NCBI GenBank assembly: GCA_016212085.1
Contig: JACRHL010000003.1
Span: forward strand, 321,178 to 385,177
From: Nitrospirota bacterium
Lineage (GTDB): Bacteria; Nitrospirota; JACRHL01
DNA length: 64,000 nucleotides
Direction: 5' to 3'
Numbering within the stretch: the stretch's first letter is position 1; each line of letters begins with the position of its first letter. The notes beneath the pieces were generated by a model. It ran no database searches. It had not been told where the DNA came from and was given only the letters and a program-made list of their open reading frames with translations. The position numbers were made by a program, and so were the translations under genes. Below are positions 20,223 to 33,375 of the stretch, piece by piece.

Positions 20223-20329
20223 GGCGCTACTGTACGGCGCCCGCGCGCGGGGCGTCAAAGCCCGCCAGGAACGGACATGGCGCGCTCACCCTGGCCCGAC
20301 CGCGCGGGGCCGGGGTACACTTGCTCCCC

Positions 20330-21220
20330 ATGGGACCGCCTCGCCAGACACCGGGAACCGACCACGCGGCGCTTCGCGAGCACCGGGCCCACCCGCGCGC
20401 CTTTCACGAGAACCGCTACGTGTACGCCGTGCTGTCGCGGCGCTCCGGCGGCATCTCCATCGGCGTCAACCTGAACCCGGACAAGCGCTGCAACTTCGAC
20501 TGCATCTACTGCCAGGTGGACCGCCGGTGCATGCCGCCGCCGGAGCCGGTGAACCTGGAACAACTGCGCGACGAGCTGGAGGGCGTCCTGGCCGCCGCCG
20601 CCCGCGGCGACCTGTACGCCGAGGCGCGCTTCCGCGACCTGCCGCCCCCCCTGAGACAGGTGCGCGACATCGCCCTGTCCGGCGACGGCGAGCCCACCCA
20701 GTGCACCCGTTTCGAGCGGGTGGCCGAGGTGGTCACCGAACTGGCCGCCCGCCACGCCACGCCACCGCTGCCGGTGGTGCTGATCACCAACGCCACCGGC
20801 CTGAACCGGAGCCGGGTGGTGCGCGGGGTGGACCGCATCATGGCCGGCGGCGGCGCCATCTGGGCCAAGCTCGACGCGGGCACGGCGGAGCGCTACGCGC
20901 GCATCTGCGGCCACCGGGTGCCGTTCCGGAAGGTGCTGGACAACCTGGCGGCCACCGCGCGCCGCCACCCCGTCACCCTGCAAACCTGCCTGTTCAACCT
21001 GGAGGGCAGCCCCCCGCCGGACGGGGAGATCGACGCCTACGCGAAACAGCTCGCCAAAATATTGGCGAATGACGGTCAAATCCTTGGCATCCAGCTTTAC
21101 ACGGTGGCCAGAAAACCGGCGGAATCCTGCGTGACCGCCCTCGACGCGTCCACCCTGGACGCCATCGCCGCCCGCATCGGCGCGGCCCTGCCCACGGTGC
21201 CGCTGCACGTTTATCCATAG
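20330..21220 (+). CDS. radical SAM domain protein
   Basis: CNFDCIYC (CxxxCxxC) about 50 aa from start, preceded by SRRSGGISIGVNLNP; start uncertain (ATG 20330 vs TTG 20321). Confidence 0.7.
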   Translation: MGPPRQTPGTDHAALREHRAHPRAFHENRYVYAVLSRRSGGISIGVNLNPDKRCNFDCIYCQVDRRCMPPPEPVNLEQLRDELEGVLAAAARGDLYAEARFRDLPPPLRQVRDIALSGDGEPTQCTRFERVAEVVTELAARHATPPLPVVLITNATGLNRSRVVRGVDRIMAGGGAIWAKLDAGTAERYARICGHRVPFRKVLDNLAATARRHPVTLQTCLFNLEGSPPPDGEIDAYAKQLAKILANDGQILGIQLYTVARKPAESCVTALDASTLDAIAARIGAALPTVPLHVYP

Positions 21221-21385
21221 CAGGATGTTGAAAAAGTCCCTCCATGGACTTTTTCAACTCGAAAACGGCAAAGCGTGGTTTCCCGTTCTCTCCGGGTTTC
21301 AAGCGCTTGCGCGCCTGAAACCCGCCGGTACCTCCCTGTACCGGGCGCAGGCTGTTGAAAAAGTCCCTCCATGGACTTTTTCCAA
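21218..21385. mobile_element. hairpin-rich mosaic repeat element, family A (copy 2)
   Basis: Begins immediately after radical-SAM TAG stop: TAG|CAGGATGTTGAAAAAGTCCCTCCATGGACTTTTTCAAC...; same hairpin repeated at its 3' end; TAG/ATAG at both ends. Confidence 0.55.
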
Positions 21386-21507
21386 TAGACCGGCCCGTGA
21401 CCGGCGCCCGGCGGCGCCGCCGGCGCGGGGTTGGCGCAGGGTTGGCACGGGAAATGCTATTCCTAACCTTTCGGGAGGGACAAAACCGCCCCCCGGAAGG
21501 AATCGTC

Positions 21508-21591
21508 ATGAATCGGCACATGCTCAAATCGGGTCTGGCGCTGCCCGCGTTCTACGCGGCGGTGGGCGCCCTGATCACCTTTCTCGCCTGA
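21508..21591 (+). CDS. possible 27-aa hydrophobic small protein
   Basis: ATG 21508 with ggaaggaa RBS 5 nt upstream; MNRHMLKSGLALPAFYAAVGALITFLA; sits between two repeat elements upstream of dnaE. Confidence 0.25.
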   Translation: MNRHMLKSGLALPAFYAAVGALITFLA

Positions 21592-21658
21592 CGCACCCCC
21601 CCCCCGCGCCGGCAGGCCGGGCACGGTGTACCAATCCGTACACTGTGTACACCGTGGT

Positions 21659-21801
21659 GGGCACCTCTAAAAACCTGCTACGCGGTTCGATTGCTGCGTT
21701 GGGCGGTGCTCGAACCCTCTCCTATCACCATGATATGTCTCGGGTTCTGTGCTCCGGCCACCTTGCACTCGAACCGCTCGCAACGGTTTTTAGAGGTGCC
21801 C
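21659..21801. mobile_element. 143-bp MITE, family B (intergenic copy upstream of dnaE)
   Basis: TIRs GGGCACCTCTAAAAACC / GGTTTTTAGAGGTGCCC; 4-bp direct duplication TGGT on both sides. Confidence 0.7.
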
Positions 21802-21952
21802 TGGTGCACCCGTCACGGCCACGTTCCGGCCGCCCATCGAACAGGCACGCCACCCGGACGCCGCCCGCGCCGGGTGATCCCCCCGTGGCGACGGACGCCG
21901 CGGCTCGGCTAGAATGGGGGCAACCCGCAACCCGTTGTCACCCCGGACCGCC

Positions 21953-25579
<3,627 letters not shown>

Positions 25580-25620
25580 CGGTTTGGGGTATGTTTTTCC
25601 TCCCAACCTTGCCGGAGTGA

Positions 25621-26574
25621 ATGGTGCGCCAATACCTGGATTTCGAGAAACCCATCGCCGACATCCACGAGCAGATCGAGTCCCTGCGCGCGTCCGGCGC
25701 CGCCCCCGGCACCCACGACAAGGAGCTTGAGCGCCTCACCAAGAAGGCCCACTCCCTCGAGGTGGACATCTACGGCAAGCTCTCCCCCTGGCAGCAGACG
25801 CAACTGGCGCGCCACCCGGAGCGCCCCTCCATGCTCGACTACGTGGAAAAGTTCGTGGAGGGCTTCCTGGAACTGCACGGCGACCGCGCCTATCGGGACG
25901 ATCCGGCCATCGTCGGCGGCATCGGCCGTATCGGCACGCGCGAGGTGGTGATCATCGGCAACCAGAAGGGCCGCACCCTCAAGACCCGCGTCATCCGCAA
26001 CTTCGGCATGGCCAACCCGGAGGGGTACCGCAAGGCCCTGCGCCTGATGCACATGGCCGAGCGCTTCAAGAAGCCCGTGGTCTGCTTTGTCGACACCCCC
26101 GGCGCCTACCCCGGCATGGGCGCCGAGGAGCGCGGCCAGTCCGAGGCCATCGCCCGCAACCTGATGGAGATGGGCCGGCTCAAGGTGCCCATCGTGGTGG
26201 TCATCATCGGCGAGGGCGGCTCCGGCGGCGCCCTGGCGGTGGGCGTGGGCGACCGCATCCTGATGCTCGAGAACTCCGTCTACTCCGTCATCTCCCCCGA
26301 GGGGTGCGCGGCCATCCTGTGGAAGGACGGCACCAAGACCGCCACCGCCGCCGAGGCCCTGAAGGTGACCGCCAAGGATCTGTTGGCGCTGAAGGTGATC
26401 GACGAGATCCTGCCCGAGCCCCTGGGCGGCGGCCACCACGACGTGACCCAGATGTCCACCACCATCCGCACCGCCATCGTGCGCCACCTGGACCAGCTCG
26501 AGAAGATGTCCGAGAAGGAGCGCACCGAGGCCAGGTACCAGAAGTTCCGCGCCATGGGCGTGTACGAGGGCTAG
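25621..26574 (+). CDS. accA: acetyl-CoA carboxylase carboxyltransferase subunit alpha
   Basis: 317 aa colinear with remembered AccA (DFEKPIA, FDDPAIVGG-like, GEGGSGGALA); RBS ggag. Confidence 0.95.
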   Translation: MVRQYLDFEKPIADIHEQIESLRASGAAPGTHDKELERLTKKAHSLEVDIYGKLSPWQQTQLARHPERPSMLDYVEKFVEGFLELHGDRAYRDDPAIVGGIGRIGTREVVIIGNQKGRTLKTRVIRNFGMANPEGYRKALRLMHMAERFKKPVVCFVDTPGAYPGMGAEERGQSEAIARNLMEMGRLKVPIVVVIIGEGGSGGALAVGVGDRILMLENSVYSVISPEGCAAILWKDGTKTATAAEALKVTAKDLLALKVIDEILPEPLGGGHHDVTQMSTTIRTAIVRHLDQLEKMSEKERTEARYQKFRAMGVYEG

Positions 26575-26652
26575 ACCGCTGGACGGTACAGACCGAGACG
26601 CCCCCCGAGACGACGCCCCGCCCGGCGCCCCCGCGCCCCAGCCCCCCCGGTC

Positions 26653-26742
26653 CGCCGGCAGCCTGCCGGACAATTCCCTGCCCGACGGCAGCCCGCCGGA
26701 TGATTCGTTTTCCGACGGCAGCCTGCCGTTCGGGCCCCTGCG
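26653..26742 (+). repeat. three tandem 30-bp direct repeats, each with a near-palindrome GGCAGCCTGCC
   Basis: Units cgccggcagcctgccggacaattccctgcc / cgacggcagcccgccggatgattcgttttc / cgacggcagcctgccgttcgggcccctgcg. Confidence 0.6.
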
Positions 26743-26947
26743 CTACCGCATCGACCGCCGCGAGATCGCCTATTTAAGCTCCCTGTTCGAGTCCTACGAG
26801 GACCTGGGCGCCATCCGTACCCTGGACCCGGTGGCGGCGATCATCGAGGTTCTGTATGCTCCGGATTGCTACGCGGACGTGGTGGCGTTGATGACGGCGC
26901 TGGAGGGGGAGGTGGAGAGCCTGGAACGGATGCCACCGCTCCCGTAG
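26738..26947 (+). CDS. small conserved-looking ORF (DUF4911-like) lacking a canonical start codon
   Basis: Protein-like translation ...YRIDRREIAYLSSLFESYEDLGAIRTLDPVAAIIEVLYAPDCYADVVALMTALEGE...; no in-frame ATG/GTG/TTG upstream; CTG at 26738 proposed; family assignment from memory only. Confidence 0.3.
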   Translation: MRYRIDRREIAYLSSLFESYEDLGAIRTLDPVAAIIEVLYAPDCYADVVALMTALEGEVESLERMPPLP

Positions 26948-26968
26948 GCTGGCGCTGAATGAAATGAA

Positions 26969-27023
26969 GCCCAACGGTTCGGGGTTGCCGACGAACCATG
27001 AACGGGAAACGGGGGTGTTGGGC
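26969..27023 (+). other. attC-like site (candidate): GCCCAAC ... GTTGGGC
   Basis: Perfectly complementary 7-mers matching integron core consensus RYYYAAC / GTTRRRY, 41 bp apart, at the left boundary of the low-GC island. Confidence 0.3.
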
Positions 27024-27089
27024 TTCGCGTTGCATGCGCCAGAAGCTCGTCGATACAACGCTCCAATCGCCTGGGGATGGGAGATGGTC

Positions 27090-27815
27090 ATGAAGAAACT
27101 TGAAATTAAGAACTGGGACGGATTTTCGGGCAAGATCAGCGAAATTGAAAAGGATGCCTCGGAAAACAGCAACGCCATTCGGCTATTCCGAGGGGTTACC
27201 GATCATCAACATAACCTAGTCCCGAAAATCGGGAGACCCGGCGCGCGGAAGAATCCGGCAGATGGGACGCAACTGTCCCATTGCAAGGATGAAGAGCGTA
27301 AGATGTTGGAACTGTTCAAGAGGACGGCTCTTCCATACCTTCCATATCAGCCCAGGAATGATCTGGAGTGGCTTGCCGTTGCCCAACACCACGGAGCGCC
27401 GACCCGCCTGATTGACTGGACGGAAAGTCCCCTGGTTGCAGCGTATTTCGCGATGGAGAAGGCTGGCACGGAGGGGCAGCCGGCGATCTACGTGCTTTCC
27501 GGGACTGCGGAAGCCCCGGAGAAACTAGTTGACGAAAAGCCGGATGTCTTCTCCTGGACCGAGACGTACTGCTACCGTCCGCCACACATCAGTCCCCGTA
27601 TCCAAGTTCAGCGGAGCGTGTTCACCATACACCATTGTCCTTCGTCGGAGTTCAATCCAGATAACCTTGAAAAATGGGTGTTCCCGAAAGGTCCAACGTG
27701 CTTCGAGATCAAACGCATACTTGATCGTGTGGGCTTTAACCGAGCATCCCTATATCCAGATTTACAGGGGTTGGCAGAACACGTCGGATGGTGCTACAAG
27801 TGGGGCCGCTTCTAG
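27090..27815 (+). CDS. FRG-domain protein
   Basis: LFRGVTDHQHNLVPKIGR and AQHHGAPTRLIDWTESPLVAAYFA motifs characteristic of the FRG domain; ~47% GC versus ~70% background; ATG 27090 with gggag RBS. Confidence 0.7.
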   Translation: MKKLEIKNWDGFSGKISEIEKDASENSNAIRLFRGVTDHQHNLVPKIGRPGARKNPADGTQLSHCKDEERKMLELFKRTALPYLPYQPRNDLEWLAVAQHHGAPTRLIDWTESPLVAAYFAMEKAGTEGQPAIYVLSGTAEAPEKLVDEKPDVFSWTETYCYRPPHISPRIQVQRSVFTIHHCPSSEFNPDNLEKWVFPKGPTCFEIKRILDRVGFNRASLYPDLQGLAEHVGWCYKWGRF

Positions 27816-27880
27816 TGGCAAGTTGGGGTTCGCTCCGCTCTGCCAAACTTATATAGCTTTTCCAACTGGGAAACCGTGCT

Positions 27881-28276
27881 TTGAACATCCACGCAATCAC
27901 CGTCTCAGCCGTTAGGATCGCTCTAGCTGCTCTCATGTGCGGCGGATTGGCATCTTGCGTCCATACACGAAGTATCACCTACGAAACGACCGACAGGCCG
28001 CCGAAGCCACAAGACCGATTGATCGGGATCGTGGACTCCCAAACCGTTACTAGGCCATTCACGATCATCGGTGTTGTAGAAGGAAACGCCGGGAAGCTGC
28101 ATAGTGTCGTGGATACGTTGGAAAACCTCAAGCGTGCGGCTCGGCGGATGGGCGGCGACGCCTTGATGGATATTCAACACGGGCCCAAGGGGGGTGTGGC
28201 AGTGCCCTTCGGAAGCGGCTATGCCTATGGGAATTTAAGGGAAATCTGGTCAGCGAAAGTGATTATCTGGCAGTAG
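27881..28276 (+). CDS. putative lipoprotein (hypothetical)
   Basis: Signal peptide with lipobox LASC; ~55% GC; TTG start at 27881 (uncertain); weak resemblance to the YbjQ-like fold only. Confidence 0.4.
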   Translation: MNIHAITVSAVRIALAALMCGGLASCVHTRSITYETTDRPPKPQDRLIGIVDSQTVTRPFTIIGVVEGNAGKLHSVVDTLENLKRAARRMGGDALMDIQHGPKGGVAVPFGSGYAYGNLREIWSAKVIIWQ

Positions 28277-28279
28277 CCC

Positions 28280-28347
28280 GTTGGGCAGAGCAACGCGAAG
28301 CCAAACGCCACGGTGGCCACCCGTGGCACTCCGGGAAGGCGTTGGGC
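28280..28347 (+). other. attC-like repeats at right boundary of low-GC island
   Basis: GTTGGGC (28280-28286), GCCAAAC (28300-28306), palindrome gccacggtggccacccgtggc, GTTGGGC (28341-28347); the 17-mer GTTGGGCTTCGCGTTGC recurs inverted relative to the left boundary. Confidence 0.3.
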
Positions 28348-28451
28348 TTCGCTACACTCTTCCCAACCTACAATTCGCGCTCTATGGGCGCGCCGATTTC
28401 CCCCTCATAGACGTCCGGTTTTGCGCCGAACCCGGAGACACCCAACCTCCC

Positions 28452-29147
28452 CTAAGGCATCGAATAAACGGTTGGGTCTTCCTGCCCTGCCTCCACAAAT
28501 CCCCTCCTCCGCAAAATGCAGCTATCGCACTGCCCGCACGCCCGGCCCTTCTCGTCCGGGTCGTAGCAGCTATGGGTCAGGCCGTAGTCCACCCCCAGGC
28601 GGATTCCCTCCCGGATGATGTCCGCCTTGGTCATGCGGATCAGGGGGGCGTGGATGGTGAAGCGGCCGCCCTCGGCGCCGGCCTTGGTGGCCAGGTTGGC
28701 CAGGTTCTCGAAGGCGCCCAGGAATTCCGGCCGGCAGTCCGGGTAGCCCGAGTAGTCGATGGCGTTGGCGCCCACGAAGATGTGGAACGCGCCCAGCACC
28801 TCGGCATAGGCCAGGGCCAGGGCCAGGAACACCGTGTTGCGCGCGGGCACGTAGGTGACCGGGATGTCGTCCCCCATGTGTTCGGCGCTGCGGCCCTTGG
28901 GCACGTCTATCGCGTCCGTCAGGGCGGAGCCGCCCAGGTCGCTCAAGTCCACCCGCACCGTCTTGTGGGCCAGGGCGCCCCCGGCCGCCGCCACCTTCCG
29001 CGCCGCCGCCAGTTCCACCCGGTGGCGCTGGCCATAGTCGAAGCTGATGGCGTAGGGGGCGTAGCCCTGGGCCTTCGCCATGGCCAGCACCGTGGCCGAA
29101 TCCAGGCCGCCGCTCACCAGCACCACCGCCTTCCGGACACCTTCCAA
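28452..29147 (-). CDS. queC: 7-cyano-7-deazaguanine synthase
   Basis: N-terminal [14 protein letters not shown]-loop, C-terminal Zn-binding CGQCDSC; proposed TTG start 29147 lies inside the adjacent MITE terminus. Confidence 0.8.
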   Translation of the reverse strand: MEGVRKAVVLVSGGLDSATVLAMAKAQGYAPYAISFDYGQRHRVELAAARKVAAAGGALAHKTVRVDLSDLGGSALTDAIDVPKGRSAEHMGDDIPVTYVPARNTVFLALALAYAEVLGAFHIFVGANAIDYSGYPDCRPEFLGAFENLANLATKAGAEGGRFTIHAPLIRMTKADIIREGIRLGVDYGLTHSCYDPDEKGRACGQCDSCILRRRGFVEAGQEDPTVYSMP

Positions 29148-29277
29148 AACCTGCCGCGCGCCCCGATCGCTGCGTTGGGCGGTGCCCGGCCCCTCGCCTA
29201 TCGGCTTGACATGTCTCGGGGCCTGCGCTCCGTCCGCCTTGCGCTCGGGGCGCTCGCCACGGTTTCCGATGGTGCCC
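29135..29277. mobile_element. 143-bp MITE, family B (degenerate copy at queC 5' end)
   Basis: Degenerate TIRs GGACACCTTCCAAAACC / GGTTTCCGATGGTGCCC; internal sequence matches other copies (ccgagacatgtc, gcgatcggggcgcgc). Confidence 0.6.
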
Positions 29278-29457
29278 GTCTGTCCCGTGTTCATGGGGGC
29301 GATTTTGGGCACGGGGGCGTGATCCGTCAAGCCACGCCCGGCGCCGGAACCGGCGCGGGGGCGTGGCACCGGGCCCGTGGTTGGGATACACTGGCCCCTT
29401 TCCGCGTTCCGCGCCGGGGGACACCTCCCGCCACCATATGGATGTGAGCCAACGCCC

Positions 29458-30459
29458 GTGACCACAGCGAACCCCCTTGCCGACGCCCTCCACGCATTCG
29501 CCGACGCCGTGCCGTACCGCGCCACCGGCGCCGAGACCGTGCCCCTGGCCGAGGCCGCCGGCCGCGTGCTGGCCGCGACCCTGACCGCCCCGGAGGACGC
29601 CCCGCCCTACCACCGCGCCATCGTGGAGGGCTTCGCCATACACCTGGCGGACACCAAGGAGGCATCGGCGGAGCATCCGGTGATCCTCAGGATCGTGGGC
29701 CGGGTGAATCCGGGCGACGCGGAGTTCCCGCTGTTCCATACCGGCGAGGCCGTCCAGGTGGCCACCGGCTCCATCATGCCCGACGGCCCCTTTGCCGTGG
29801 CGCGCATGTTCGAGGTGACGGTGCACGGCGGCACGGTCAGCCTGTCGCGCCCCTTCCCGCCGCGCTTCTTCATCGAGGAGAAGGGGTGCGACCACACCCA
29901 GGGCAGCCCCGTCGTCTCCGCCGGCACCCGCCTGGGCCCCGTCCACATCGGCACCATCGCCAGCCTGGGCATCGACACGGTGACGGTGGCCCGCCGCCCG
30001 CGCGTGGCCATCTTCTCGTCCGGCGACGAGGTGATCCCCCACACCTCCCCCATGCGCCCCGGCGCCATCCGCGACGGCAACCAGCCCATGCTGGCCGCCG
30101 CCGTGGCCCAGGCGGGCGCCATTCCCGCGCCCCGGGGCATCATGGGCGACGATTTCGACGGCTTCGTGGCCGCCGTGAAGGCCGCCCTGGCGGACAGCGA
30201 CATGGTGCTGATCTCCGGCGGCACCGCCGTGGGCGGGCGCGATTTTATTTCCGACCTGGTGAAGGCCGTGGGCACGCTGGTGGTGGACGGCGTGCCCATG
30301 CGATCCGGCCGGCCGCTCATCATGGGCGTGGCCGACGGAAAACCGCTGGTGTGCGTGGCGGGCCACCCGCCGGAGGCGCTGCGCGGCTTCGGGCTGTTCG
30401 GCATGGCCGCCCTGACCCGCCTCACCGGCCACGACGCCCCCCTGCCCGCCGACGGCTGA
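29458..30459 (+). CDS. MoeA-like molybdopterin-binding protein (N-terminal and MoCF-binding domains only)
   Basis: MoeA-type motifs ([28 protein letters not shown]); ~333 aa, shorter than canonical MoeA; GTG start uncertain. Confidence 0.6.
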   Translation: MTTANPLADALHAFADAVPYRATGAETVPLAEAAGRVLAATLTAPEDAPPYHRAIVEGFAIHLADTKEASAEHPVILRIVGRVNPGDAEFPLFHTGEAVQVATGSIMPDGPFAVARMFEVTVHGGTVSLSRPFPPRFFIEEKGCDHTQGSPVVSAGTRLGPVHIGTIASLGIDTVTVARRPRVAIFSSGDEVIPHTSPMRPGAIRDGNQPMLAAAVAQAGAIPAPRGIMGDDFDGFVAAVKAALADSDMVLISGGTAVGGRDFISDLVKAVGTLVVDGVPMRSGRPLIMGVADGKPLVCVAGHPPEALRGFGLFGMAALTRLTGHDAPLPADG

Positions 30460-30720
30460 CCGCCCCCCGGCCGGGCGGCCGAAAGGCGCATATTTTCGGC
30501 ATTTTACAGTCCTTGACCTCGCCCGGCGGCCTTCCGATGATGAAGGGGTAAGTCGCCGGCATGGACGCTGGCGGCGCAAAACGCTTGTTCGGAGTTCGGT
30601 CATGCTTGACCGATTGCGCACCCGCCTCTACCTTTCCTGGCACCACCCGGCCCGGCGCCGGGCCGCTTGCACCCGCCACGGGGCCGTCCGCCCCGGTCCG
30701 CCCACTTCCGGAGACCCTGC

Positions 30721-32394
30721 ATGACCATGATCAGTCACGACGTTGTGATTGTCGGCGCCGGCCTGACCGGCATGCGCGCCGCCATCGAGATGGGTCCGGG
30801 CGTGGACGTGGCGGTGATCTCCAAGGTGCATCCGGTGCGCTCCCACTCCGGCGCCGCCCAGGGGGGCATCAACGCCGCCCTGCGCGAGGAGGACTCGTGG
30901 GAGAGCCACGCCTACGACACGGTAAAGGGCAGCGACTACCTGGGCGACCAGGACGCCATCGAGATCATGTGCCGCGAGGCCCCGTCGGACATCCGCCAGA
31001 TGGAGCACTGGGGGGTGATCTTCTCCCGCGCCGACGACCGGCGCATCGCCCAGCGCCCGTTTGGCGGCGCCGGCTACCCGCGCACCTGCTACGCCGCCGA
31101 CCGCACCGGCCACGCCCTGCTGCACGCCATGTACGAGCAGGTGATGAAGCGCCGGGTGAAAGTGTACACGGAGTGGTTCCTCACCTCGCTGATCGTGGAG
31201 AACGGCGAGTGCCAGGGCGTCACCGTGCTCGACATGGCCTCGGGCGAGCTGGTGGCGGTGCGCGCCAAGGCGGTGGTGTTCGCCACCGGCGGCTACGGCC
31301 GGGTATACCTGACCAGCTCCAACGGCCTGGTCAACACCGGTGACGGCATGGCGGTGGCCTACCGCGCCGGCGCCCCGCTGATGGACATGGAGTTCGTGCA
31401 GTTCCACCCCACCACCCTCAAGTCGAACGGGGTGCTGATCACCGAGGGCAGCCGCGGCGAGGGTGGCATCCTCATCAACGCCAAGGGCGAGCGCTTCATG
31501 AGCAAATACGCCCCCAACGCCATGGAGCTGGCCAGCCGCGACGTGGTCTCCCGCTCGGAGCAGACCGAGATCAACGAGGGGCGCGGGGTGGACGGCTGCG
31601 TGCTGCTCGACCTGCGCCACCTGGGACGCGACAAGATCCTGGAGCGGCTGCCGCAGATCCGCGACCTGGCCATCAAGTTCGCCGGCACCGATCCCATCGA
31701 GGTGCCCATCCCGGTGCGCCCCGGCGCCCACTATTCCATGGGCGGCATCAAGGTCGACGTGGACGGCGCCACCCCCATGCCGGGCCTGTTCGCCGGCGGC
31801 GAGTGCGCCTGCGTGTCGGTGCACGGCGCCAACCGCCTGGGCGGCAACTCCCTGCTGGAGACCATCGTGTTCGGGCGCCGCGCCGGCACCGCCGTGAACC
31901 GCTACATCACCGGGCGCGCCATGCCCATCCCCGGCGACCACCACCTGGCGGCCCAGCGGGACCGCATCCACACCCTCATGTCCCGTTCCGGCGGGGAGCG
32001 CGGCAACCTGCTGCGCCACGAGCTGGGCACGGTCATGAACACCGACGTGGGCGTGTTCCGCGACGAGAAGGGCCTGATGGAGGCGGTGGCCAAGGCGCGC
32101 GAGATCAACGACCGCGCCCAAAGCCTCTGGGTCATGGACAAGTCGCGGGTGTTCAACACCGACCTGACCGAGGCCCTGGAGATGCAGAACGTGGCCGAGC
32201 TGGCGCAGACCATCGCCGCCGGCGCCCTGGCCCGCAAGGAGTGCCGCGGCGCCCACTACCGCAACGACCACCCGGGGCGCGACGACGCGAACTGGATGAA
32301 GCACACCCTGGCCCGGTGGACGCCCGACGGCCCCGAGCTGTCCTATTCGGCGGTGACGGTCACCAAATACCAGCCCCAGGAACGCAAATACTGA
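30721..32394 (+). CDS. sdhA: succinate dehydrogenase / fumarate reductase flavoprotein subunit
   Basis: FAD motif [10 protein letters not shown], covalent-FAD region SHSGAAQGG, catalytic HPTT and RxGxxS blocks; RBS ggag. Confidence 0.9.
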   Translation: MTMISHDVVIVGAGLTGMRAAIEMGPGVDVAVISKVHPVRSHSGAAQGGINAALREEDSWESHAYDTVKGSDYLGDQDAIEIMCREAPSDIRQMEHWGVIFSRADDRRIAQRPFGGAGYPRTCYAADRTGHALLHAMYEQVMKRRVKVYTEWFLTSLIVENGECQGVTVLDMASGELVAVRAKAVVFATGGYGRVYLTSSNGLVNTGDGMAVAYRAGAPLMDMEFVQFHPTTLKSNGVLITEGSRGEGGILINAKGERFMSKYAPNAMELASRDVVSRSEQTEINEGRGVDGCVLLDLRHLGRDKILERLPQIRDLAIKFAGTDPIEVPIPVRPGAHYSMGGIKVDVDGATPMPGLFAGGECACVSVHGANRLGGNSLLETIVFGRRAGTAVNRYITGRAMPIPGDHHLAAQRDRIHTLMSRSGGERGNLLRHELGTVMNTDVGVFRDEKGLMEAVAKAREINDRAQSLWVMDKSRVFNTDLTEALEMQNVAELAQTIAAGALARKECRGAHYRNDHPGRDDANWMKHTLARWTPDGPELSYSAVTVTKYQPQERKY

Positions 32395-32417
32395 GCGACC
32401 CGTTTTAAGGACCCGTC

Positions 32418-33374
32418 ATGCGCATTGAAATCGAGATCGAGCGCTCCAACCCGGCGGAGGGGCAACCGGCCCGCTTCGAGACCTTCCGCGTCGAGGTGCC
32501 GCGCCACATCACCGTGCTCGACACCCTCATCAAGCTCAAGAACGAGGTGGACGGCTCCATCACCTTCCGCCGCTCCTGCCGCAGCGCCATCTGCGGCTCG
32601 TGCGCCATGCGCATCAACGGCCGTTCGGGCCTGGCCTGCGACACCCTGGTGGAGGACGAACTGCACCGCTTCGGCCACCTGCGCGTGCAGCCCCTGGCGC
32701 ACATGCCGGTGATGCGCGACCTGGCGGTGGACATGCAGCCGTTCTGGAACCGGGTGGAGGCGGTCAACCCGTGGGTGGAAACGGCCCCGGAGCGCGAGCC
32801 CGCGTGGCCCGTGGAGCGCGAGACGCTCATGGACCAGGCCGCCGTGGACGAGATGGACGACACCTCCAAGTGCATCATGTGCATGGCGTGCTTCTCCGCC
32901 TGCGAGGTTTCCGACGTGGACACCCGCTTCCTGGGCCCGGCGGCCCTGGCCAAGGCCTACCGGGTGGTGGCCGACCCGCGTGACGAGCGCAAGCAGGAAC
33001 GCCTGACGGCGTTGAACGAGGTGGGCGGCTACTGGGATTGCACCCGCTGCAACCAGTGCGTGCAGGCCTGCCCCAAGGACGTGAAGCCCATGGAGGCGAT
33101 CGTCCACCTGCGCCGCGAGGCCATCAACGCCGGCCTCACCAACACCGCCGGCAGCCGCCACATCACCGAGTTCATCAAGATCGTGCGCTCGGAAGGGCGC
33201 CTGAACGAAGGGCGCATGCCGCTCAAGATGGTGCTGAGCGATCCGAAAAAGCTGCTCTCGGTGCTGCCGCTGGCGGTGGACATGCTGCGCCACGGCAAAC
33301 TGCCCTCCCCCATCCACCCGCCCATTCCGCGGGTGAAGGAGGTTCGGCGCATCATGGACAAGAAGGCCAAATAA
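32418..33374 (+). CDS. sdhB: succinate dehydrogenase / fumarate reductase iron-sulfur subunit
   Basis: 2Fe-2S motif CRSAICGSC and 4Fe-4S/3Fe-4S clusters (CIMCMACFSAC, CTRCNQCVQACP); extended C-terminus. Confidence 0.9.
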   Translation: MRIEIEIERSNPAEGQPARFETFRVEVPRHITVLDTLIKLKNEVDGSITFRRSCRSAICGSCAMRINGRSGLACDTLVEDELHRFGHLRVQPLAHMPVMRDLAVDMQPFWNRVEAVNPWVETAPEREPAWPVERETLMDQAAVDEMDDTSKCIMCMACFSACEVSDVDTRFLGPAALAKAYRVVADPRDERKQERLTALNEVGGYWDCTRCNQCVQACPKDVKPMEAIVHLRREAINAGLTNTAGSRHITEFIKIVRSEGRLNEGRMPLKMVLSDPKKLLSVLPLAVDMLRHGKLPSPIHPPIPRVKEVRRIMDKKAK

Positions 33375-33375
33375 C

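Noticed and set aside
26653-26742. Tandem repeats as a possible CRISPR array
   Set aside because: Only three units, 30-bp period with ~12-bp spacers; far too short and overlaps a protein-like reading frame.
28570-30621. 683-aa ORF on the minus strand
   Set aside because: Antisense to the MoeA-like gene and overlapping queC in another frame; compositionally biased.
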